From the NCBI GenBank assembly GCA_030390025.1, contig CM059438.1:53818001-53882000 (forward strand): 64,000 nucleotides of DNA, given 5' to 3'. Below the pieces are notes generated by a model, which ran no database searches, had not been told where the DNA came from, and was given only the letters and a program-made list of their open reading frames with translations. Source of the stretch: Squalus acanthias (lineage: Eukaryota). The translations under genes and the position numbers were made by a program. Positions 56,101-64,000 of the stretch are shown in pieces (position 1 is the stretch's first letter; every line of letters starts with the position of its first letter).

Positions 56101-59100
56101 CCACTGTCACAGCTCACTGCACGGACTCCACTTTCACAGCTCACTGAACGGACTCCACTGTCACAGCTCACTGTATGGACTCCACTGACACAGCTCACTG
56201 CACAGGACTCCACTGTCACAGCTCACTGCACGACTCACTGTCACAGCTCACTGCACGGACTCCACTGTCACACAGCTCACTGCACGGACTCCACTGTCAC
56301 AGCTCACTGCACGGACTCCACTGTCAAGCTCACTGCACGGACTCCACTGTCACAGCTCACTGTCACGGACTCCACTGTCACAGCTCACTGCACGGACTCA
56401 CTGTCACAGCTCACTGCACGACTCACTGTCACAGCTCACTGCACACTCCACTGTCGACAGCTGACTGCACGTCTCCACTGTCACAGCCACTGACGGACTC
56501 CACTGTCACAGCTCACTGCACGGACTCCACTGTCACAGCTCACTGCTACGGACTCCACTGTCACAGCTCACTGCACGGACTCCACTGTCACAGCTCACTG
56601 CACGGACTCCACTGTCACAGCTCACTGCACAGACTCCACTGTCAACAGCTCACTGCACGGACTCCACTGTCACAGCTCACTGCACGGACTCCACTGTCCA
56701 CAGCTCACTGCACGACTCCACTGTCACAGCTCACTGCACAGGACTCCACTGTCACAGCTCACTGCACGGACTCACTGTCACAGCTCACTGCACGACTCCA
56801 CTGTCACACAGCTCACTGCACGGACTCCACTGTCACAGCTCACTGCACGGACTCCACTGTCACAGCTCACTGCACGGACTCCACTGTCACAGCTCAATGC
56901 ACGGACTCCACTGTCACAGCTCACTGCACGGACTCCACTGTCACAGCTCACTGCACGGACTCCACTGTCACACAGCTCACTGCACGACTCCACTGTCACA
57001 GCTCACTGCACCGGCTCACTGTCACAGCTCACTGCACGGACTCCACTGTCACAGCTCACTGCACGACTCCACTGTCACACAGCTCACTGCACGGACTCCA
57101 CTGTCACACAGCTCACTGCACGGACTCCACTGTCACAGCTCACTGCACGGACTCCACTGTCACCAGCTCACTGCACGGACTCCACTGTCACAGCTCACTG
57201 CACGGACTCCACTGTCACAGCTCACTGCACGGACTCCACTGTCACAGCTCACTGCACGGACTCCACTGTCACAGCTCACTGCATGGCGACTCCACTGTCA
57301 CACAGCTCACTGCACGGACTCTCCACTGTACACAGGCTCACTGCACGGACTCCACTGTCCACAGCTCACTGCAAGGACTCCACTGTCACAGCTCACTGCA
57401 CGGACTCCACTGTCACAAGCTACATCTGCACGACTCCACTGTCACAGCTCACTGCACGACTCCACTGTCACAGCTCACTGCACGGACTCCACTGTCACAA
57501 GCTCACTGCACGGACACGCCACTGTCACAGCTCACTGCACGGACACACTGTCACAGCTCACTGCACTGGACTCCACTGTCACTCAGCTCACTGCACGGAC
57601 TCCACTGTCACACAGCTACTGCACGACTCCACTGTCACAGCTCACTTGCACGGACTCCACTGTCACAGCTCACTGCACGACTCCACTGTCACAGCTCATG
57701 GCACGGACTCCACTGTCACAGCTCACTGCACGGACTCCACTGTCACAGCTCACTGCACGGACTCCACTGTCACAGCTCACTGCACGACTCCACTGTCAAC
57801 AGGCTCACTGCACGGACTCCACTGTCACAGCTCACTGCACGGACTCACTGTACACAGCTCACTGCACGGACTCCACTGTCACAGCTCACTGCACGGACTC
57901 CACTGTCACAGCTCACTGCACGACTCAACTGTCACAGCTCACTGCACGACTCCACTGTCACAGCTCAGGCACGGCCTCCACTGTCCAGCTCACTGCACGC
58001 TCACTGCACGGACTCCACTGTCACAGCTCACTGCACGGACTCCACTGTCACAGCTCACTGCACAGACCTCCACTGTCACAGCTCACTGCACGGACTCCAC
58101 TGTCACAGCTCACTGCACGGACTCCACAGTCACAGCTCACTGCACGGACTCCACTGTCACAGCTCACTGCACGGACTCCACTGTCACAGCTCACTGCACG
58201 GACTCCACTGTCACAGCTCACTGCACGGACTCCACTGTCACAGCTCACTGCACGGACTCCACTGTCACAGGCTCACTGCACGGACTCCACTGTCACAGCT
58301 CACTGCACAGACTCCACTGTCACAGCTCACTGCACGGACTCCACTGTCACAGCTCACTGCACGGACTCCACTGTCACAGCTCACTGCACGGACTCCACTG
58401 TCACAGCTCACTGCACGGACTCCACTGTCACAGCTCACTGCACGGACTCCACTGTCACAGCTCACTGCACGGACTCCACTGTCACAGCTCACTGCACGGA
58501 CTCCACTGTCACAGCTCACTGCACGGACTCCACTGTCACAGCTCACTGCACAGACTCCACTGTCACAGCTCATGCACGGACTCCACTGTCACAGCTCACT
58601 GCACGGACTCCACTGTCACAGCTCACTGCACGGACTCCACTGTCACACAGCTCACTGCACGGACTCCACTGTCACAGCTCACTGCACGGACTCCACTGTC
58701 ACAGACTCACTGCACGGACCCACTCCACAGCTCACCATGGACTCCACTGCCGGACTCACTGTCACGCTCACTGCACGGACTCCACTGTCACAGCTCACTG
58801 CACGACTCCACTGTCACAGCTCACTGCACGAGACTCCACTGTCACAGCTCACTGCACGGACTCCACTGTCACAGCTCACTGCACGGACTCCACTGTCACA
58901 GCTCACTGACTGGACTCCACTGTCACAGCTCACTGCACGGACTCCACTGTCACAGCTCACTGCACGGACTCCACTGTCACAGCTCACTGCACGGACTCAC
59001 TGTCACAGCTCACTGCACGGACTCCACTGTCACAGCTCACTGCACGGACTCCACTGTCACAGCTCCACTGCACGGACTCCACTGTCACAGCTCACTGCAC

Positions 59101-62100
59101 GGACTCCACTGTCACACAGCTCACTGCACGGACTCCACTGTCACAGCTCACTGCACAGACTCCACTGTCACGCTCACTGCACGGACTCCACTGTCACAGC
59201 TCACTGCACGGACTCCACTGTACAGCTCACTGCACGACTCCACTGTCACAGCCACTGCACAGACTCCACTGTCACAGCTCACTGCACGGACTCCACTGTC
59301 ACAGCTCACTGCACGACTCCACTGTCAACAGCTCACTGGCACGGACTCCACAGCTCACTGCACTGACTCCACTGTCACAGCTCACTGCACGGACTCCACT
59401 GTCACACAGCTCACTGCACGGACTCCACTGTCACAGCTCACTGCACAGACTCCACTGTCACAGCTCACTGCACGGACTCCACTGTCACAGCTCACTGCAC
59501 GGACTCCACTGTCACAGCTCACTGCACGGACTCCACTGTCACAGCTCACTGCACAGACTCCACTGTCACAGCTCACTGCACGGACTCCACTGTCACAGCT
59601 CACTGCACGGACTCCACTGTCACAGCTCACTGCACGGACTCCACTGTCACAGCTCACTGCACGGACTCCACTGTCACAGCTCACTGCACGGACTCCACTG
59701 TCACAGCTCACTGCACGGACTCCACTGTCACAGCTCACTGCACGGACTCCACTGTCACAGCTCACTGCACGGACTCCACTGTCACAGCTCACTGCACGGA
59801 CTCCACTGTCACAGCTCACTGCACGGACTCCACTGTCCACAGCTCACTGCACGGACTCCACTGTCACAGCTCACTGCAGGACTCCACTGTCACAGCTCAC
59901 TGCACGGACTCCACTGTCACAGCTCACTGCACGGACTCCACTGTCACAGCTCACTGCACGGACTCCACTGTCACAGCTCACTGCACGGACTCCACTGTCA
60001 CAGCTCACTGCACGGACTCCACTGTCACAGCTCACTGCACGGACTCCACTGTCACAGCTCACTGCACGGACTCCACTGTCACAGCTCACTGCACGGACTC
60101 CACTGTCACAGCTCACTGCACGGACTCCACTGTCACAGCTCACTGCACGGACTCCACTGTCACAGCTCACTGCACGGACTCCACTGTCACAGCTCACTGC
60201 ACGGACTCCACTGTCACAGCTCACTGCACGGACTCCACTGTCACAGCTCACTGCACGACTCCACTGTCACACAGCTCACTGCACGGACTCCACTGTCACA
60301 GCTCACTGCACGGACTCCACTGTCACAGCTCACTGCACGGACTCCACTGTCACAGCTCACTGCACGGACTCCACTGTCACAGCTCACTGCACGGACTCCA
60401 CTGTCACAGCTCACTGCACGGACTCCACTGTCACAGCTCACTGCACGGACTCCACTGTCACAGCTCACTGCACGGACTCCACTGTCACAGCTCACTGCAC
60501 GGACTCCACTGTCACACAGCTCACTGCACGGACTCCACTGTCACAGCTCACTGCACGGACTCCACTGTCACACAGCTCACTGCACGGACTCCACTGTCAC
60601 AGAGCTCACTGCACGGACTCCACTGTCACATCTCACTGTATGGACTCCACTGTCACAGCTCACTGCACGGACTCCACTGTCACAGCTCACTGCACTGGAC
60701 TCCACTGTCACAGCTCACTGCACGGACTCCACTGTCACAGCTCACTGCACGGACTCCACTGTCACAGCTCACTGCACGGACTCCACTGTCACAGCTCACT
60801 GCATGGACTCCACTGTCACAGCTCACTGCACGGACTCCACTGTCACAGCTCACTGCACAGACTCCACTGTCACAGCTCACTGCACGGACTCCACTGTCAC
60901 AGCTCACTGCACGGACTCCACTGTCACAGCTCACTGCACAGGACTCCACTGTCACAGCTCACTGCACAGACTCCACTGTCACAGCTCACTGCACGGACTC
61001 CACTGTCACAGCTCACTGCACGGACTCCACTGTCACACAGCTCACTGCACGGACTCCACTGTCACAGCTCACTGCACGGACTCCACTGTCACAGCTCACT
61101 GCACGACTCCACTGTCACAGCTCACTGCACGGACTCCACTGTCACACAGCTCACTGCACGGACTCCACTGTCACAGCTCACTGCACGGACTCCACTGTCA
61201 CAGCTCACTGCACGGACTCCACTGTCACAGCTCACTGCACGGACCCAACTGTCACAGAACTCACTGCACGGACTCCACTGTCACAGCTCACTGCACGGAC
61301 TCCACTGTCACAGCTCACTGCACGGACTCCACTGTCACAGCTCACTGCACAGACTCCACTGTCACAGCTCACTGCACGGACTCCACTGTCACAGCTCACT
61401 GCACGGACTCCACTGTCACACAGCTCACTGCACGGACTCCACTGTCACAGCTCACTGCACGGACTCCACTGTCACAGCTCACTGCACAGACTCCACTGTC
61501 ACAGCTCACTGCACGGACTCCACTGTCACACAGCTCACTGCATGGACTCCACTGTCACAGCTCACTGCACGGACTCCACTGTCACACAGCTAACTGCACC
61601 GACTCCACTGTCACAGCTCACTGCACGGACTCCACTGTCACACAGCTCACTGCACAGACTCCACTGTCACAGCTCACTGCACGGACTCCACTGTCACAGC
61701 TCACTGCACAGACTCCACTGTCACACAGCTCACTGCACAGACTCCACTGTCACAGCTCACTGCACGGACTCCACTGTCACAGCTCACTGCACAGACTCCA
61801 CTGTCACAGCTCACTGCACAGACTCCACTGTCACAGCTCACTGCACGGACTCCACTGTCACAGCTCACTGCACGGACTCCACTGTCACAGCTCACTGCAC
61901 GGACTCCACTCTCACAGCTCACTGCACAGACTCCACTGTCACACAGCTCACTGCACGGACTCCACTGTCACAGCTCACTGCACAGACTCCACTGTCACAG
62001 CTCACTGCACAGACTCCACTGTCACACAGCTCACTGCACGGACTCCACTGTCACAGCTCACTGCACGGACTCCACTGTCACAGCTCACTGCACGGACTCC

Positions 62101-62808
62101 ACTGTCACAGCTCACTGCACAGACTGCACTTTTACAGCTCACTGCACGGACTCCACTGTCACAGCTCACTGCACGGACTCCACTGTCACAGCTCACTGCA
62201 CGGACTCCACTGTCACAGCTCACTGCACGGACTCCACTGTCACACAGCTCACTGCACGGACTCCACTGTCACACAGCTCAATGCACGGACTCCACTGTCA
62301 CAGCTCACTGCACAGACTCCACTGTCACAGCTCACTGCACGGACTCCACTGTCACACAACTCATTGCACGGACTCCACTGTCACAGCTCACTGCACGGAC
62401 TCCACTGTCACAGCTCACTGCACGGACTCCACTGTCACACAGCTCAATACACGGACTCCACTGTCACACAGCTCACTGCACAGACTCCACTGTCACAGCT
62501 CACTGCATGGACTCCACTGTCACACAGCTCATTGCACGGACTCCACTGTCACAGCTCACTGCACGGACTCCACTGTCACACAGCTCACTGCACAGACTCC
62601 ACTGTCACACAGCTCACTGCACTGACTCCACTGTCACAGCTCACTGCATGGACTCCACTGTCACACAACTCATTGCACGGACTCCACTGTCACAGCTCAC
62701 TGCACGGACTCCACTGTCACAGCTCACTGCACGGACTCCACTGTCACAGCTCACTGCACAGACTCCACTGTCACAGCTCACTGCACGGACTCCACGTGCA
62801 CAGACTCC
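8116..62808. repeat. Giant 27-bp satellite array (consensus CTCACTGCACGGACTCCACTGTCACAG), ~2,000 monomers, ~54.7 kb, intronic
   Basis: Continuous tandem repeat with 9-aa periodic translations (TAHCTDSTV / QLTARTPLS / HSSLHGLHC). Recurrent 29-bp (+CA) and substitution variants. Confidence 0.99.
19765..19964. other. Assembly gap (200 N) inside the satellite
   Basis: Run of exactly 200 N, typical of a scaffolding placeholder. Confidence 0.99.
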
Positions 62809-63433
62809 GTTCAGTCCGTAAGGGGGACCCCGAGCTCCCGGTCGCCTGTCACTTTAATTCTCCGCTCCACTCCCACTCTGACCTCACCGTCCTCGGCCTA
62901 TTACACTGTTCCCCGGAAGCTCAGCGTAAGCTCGAGGAACAGCACCTCATCTTTCGTTTAGGCACCCTACAGCCCTCTGGACTCAACATCGAGTTCAACA
63001 ATTTTAGATCATAACCTCAGCCTCTATCACATTTATATATTTTTTTTATCCACCCTTTTGTTTGGCCCCCCACCCCTTTTTTTTTCCTCCCAGAAGCTGG
63101 CAGCTGTCCTTCATTCTGCCAGTGCATTTCACACTTCTTTTAGCCTCAACCTGTCACATTAACACCTCCTCTTGCCTTGATCATCTCTTAATGTCTCTCA
63201 ATGTCTCTTAATCTCTCCTTTTGTTCTTTCATCCCCTTCCCCTTTTCCCAGCTTTATCTTTGCTTTAAATCTATTTCATTTCCTGCTTTTTTCCAGTTCT
63301 GACGAAAGGTCTTCGACCTGAAACGTTAACTCTGTTTCTCTCTCCATGGATGCTGCCTGGCCTGCTGAGTTTTTCCAGCGTTTTCTGTTGTTAGTTCGGA
63401 TTTCCAGCGTCCGCAGTATTTTGCTATTGTATT
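62805..63433 (+). mobile_element. 5'-truncated Penelope-like retroelement: GIY-YIG endonuclease C-terminus (stop at 63012-63014) plus 3' UTR/pseudo-LTR
   Basis: LRSVRKGDPELPVACHFNSPLHSHSDLTVLGLLHCSPEAQRKLEEQHLIFRLGTLQPSGLNIEFNNFRS*, showing the conserved HF..E..LI..LGT..P.GLN pattern of PLE GIY-YIG. Followed by a pyrimidine-rich UTR, a hammerhead core and a gatgctgcctggcctgctgagtttttccagc tail. Confidence 0.9.
63295..63331 (+). ncRNA. Minimal type I hammerhead ribozyme of the Penelope-like element
   Basis: AGTT-CTGACGA-a-AGGTC ttc GACCT-GAAA-C-GTT-AACT. Conserved CUGANGA and GAAA boxes, 5-bp stem II, loop-less palindromic stem III (ACGT), GUU cleavage triplet, 4-bp stem I (AGTT/AACT). Confidence 0.8.
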
Positions 63434-63828
63434 AGTGTCCATTAACATTGAGAAGTATGGGTGGGACTAACAGTGGCCATTAACATTGAGAGGAATGGCT
63501 GGGACTAACAGTGGCCATTAACATTGAGAGGAATGGCTGGGACTAACAGTGGCCATTAACATTGAGATGTATGGGTGGGACTAACAGTGGCCATTAACAT
63601 TGAGATGTATGGGTGGGACTAACAGTGTCCATTAACATTGAGATGTATGGGTGGGACTAACAGGGGCTATTAACATTGAGAGGAATGGGTGGGACTAAAC
63701 GTAGCCATTAACATTGAGATGTATGGGTGGGACTAACAGGGGCCATTAACATTGAGAGGAATGGGTGGGACTAACAGTGGCCATTAACATTGAGATGTAT
63801 GGGTGGGATTAACAGTGGCCATTAACAT
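63434..63828. repeat. 38-bp minisatellite (CAGTGGCCATTAACATTGAGATGTATGGGTGGGACTAA), ~10.4 copies
   Basis: ATTAACATT recurs every 38 nt (63441, 63479, ...). Two internal variants: GATGTATGGGT and GAGGAATGG(C/G)T. Confidence 0.95.
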
Positions 63829-64000
63829 ATAGATATGTGAAGAGAAAAGGATTGGTGAAGTCAAGCGTAGGTCCCTTGCAGTCAGAATCAGGGGAATTTA
63901 TAATGGGGAACAAAGAAATGGCAGACCAATTAAATACATACTTTGGTTCTGTCTTCACAAAGTAGGACACAAATAACCTCCCAGAGATGTCGGGGAACAT
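63828..64000 (+). mobile_element. CR1 LINE ORF2 fragment (sense), continues past the window
   Basis: YRYVKRKGLVKSSVGPLQSESGEFIMGNKEMADQLNTYFGSVFTK*DTNNLPE, homologous to the minus-strand CR1 at ~3010-3175. Confidence 0.9.

Noticed and set aside
8116..62808. V(D)J recombination signal heptamers (CACAGCT, CACAGTC, CACTGTC)
   Set aside because: Only partial heptamer matches, and no A-rich nonamer at 12 or 23 spacing.
8116..62808. Metal-response elements (TGCRCNC) in each monomer
   Set aside because: The monomer reads TGCACGG or TGCACAG and fails the final C.
8116..62808. Recursive (ratchet) splice sites
   Set aside because: The monomer CAG is followed by CT, not GT, so no donor is regenerated.
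8243..62821. Dozens of 200-3,000-aa ORFs (TAHCTDSTV, QLTARTPLS, HSSLHGLHC, SCDSGVRAV) as mucin, metal-binding or zinc-finger genes
   Set aside because: All sense frames are open at once and indels switch frames freely. There is no codon-position bias and no genuine start context. They follow from a stop-free 27-mer.
62805..63014. Functional GIY-YIG endonuclease gene
   Set aside because: Only the C-terminal ~70 aa are present; the GIY/YIG motifs and the RT are missing.
8116..63828. CRISPR-like array (27-bp or 38-bp repeats)
   Set aside because: Head-to-tail units with no unique spacers, no cas genes, and a vertebrate context.

Overview
Vertebrate nuclear DNA, very likely a shark or other elasmobranch judging from the CR1, Penelope and Harbinger families present. 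The window is almost entirely intronic. One 178-bp internal coding exon (+ strand, 7936-8113) matches SH2D4B as I recall it (LRKSKAADE..RARRARDEY..SLRAI.KG.VAGLS..FQ). Upstream lie a decayed antisense CR1 LINE (1-3422) split by two clean TIR/ATT-TSD MITEs, a decayed intron-containing Harbinger Myb/SANT gene (3423-4969), a ~1.85-kb 16-bp minisatellite and a third MITE abutting the exon's branch point. A ~54.7-kb satellite of ~2,000 27-bp monomers starts inside the exon's splice donor (8116-62808). It contains a 200-N gap and error-like patches, so its length is uncertain. It is joined directly to a 5'-truncated sense Penelope-like element (GIY-YIG C-terminus plus a minimal hammerhead ribozyme), followed by a 38-bp minisatellite and a second CR1 fragment. 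The giant ORFs are repeat artefacts. The most intriguing, still hypothetical, arrangement: the satellite is stop-free in all three sense frames, each monomer resembles a branch point plus 3' splice site, and splicing from the SH2D4B donor to the last monomer would fuse in frame to the Penelope GIY-YIG tail.
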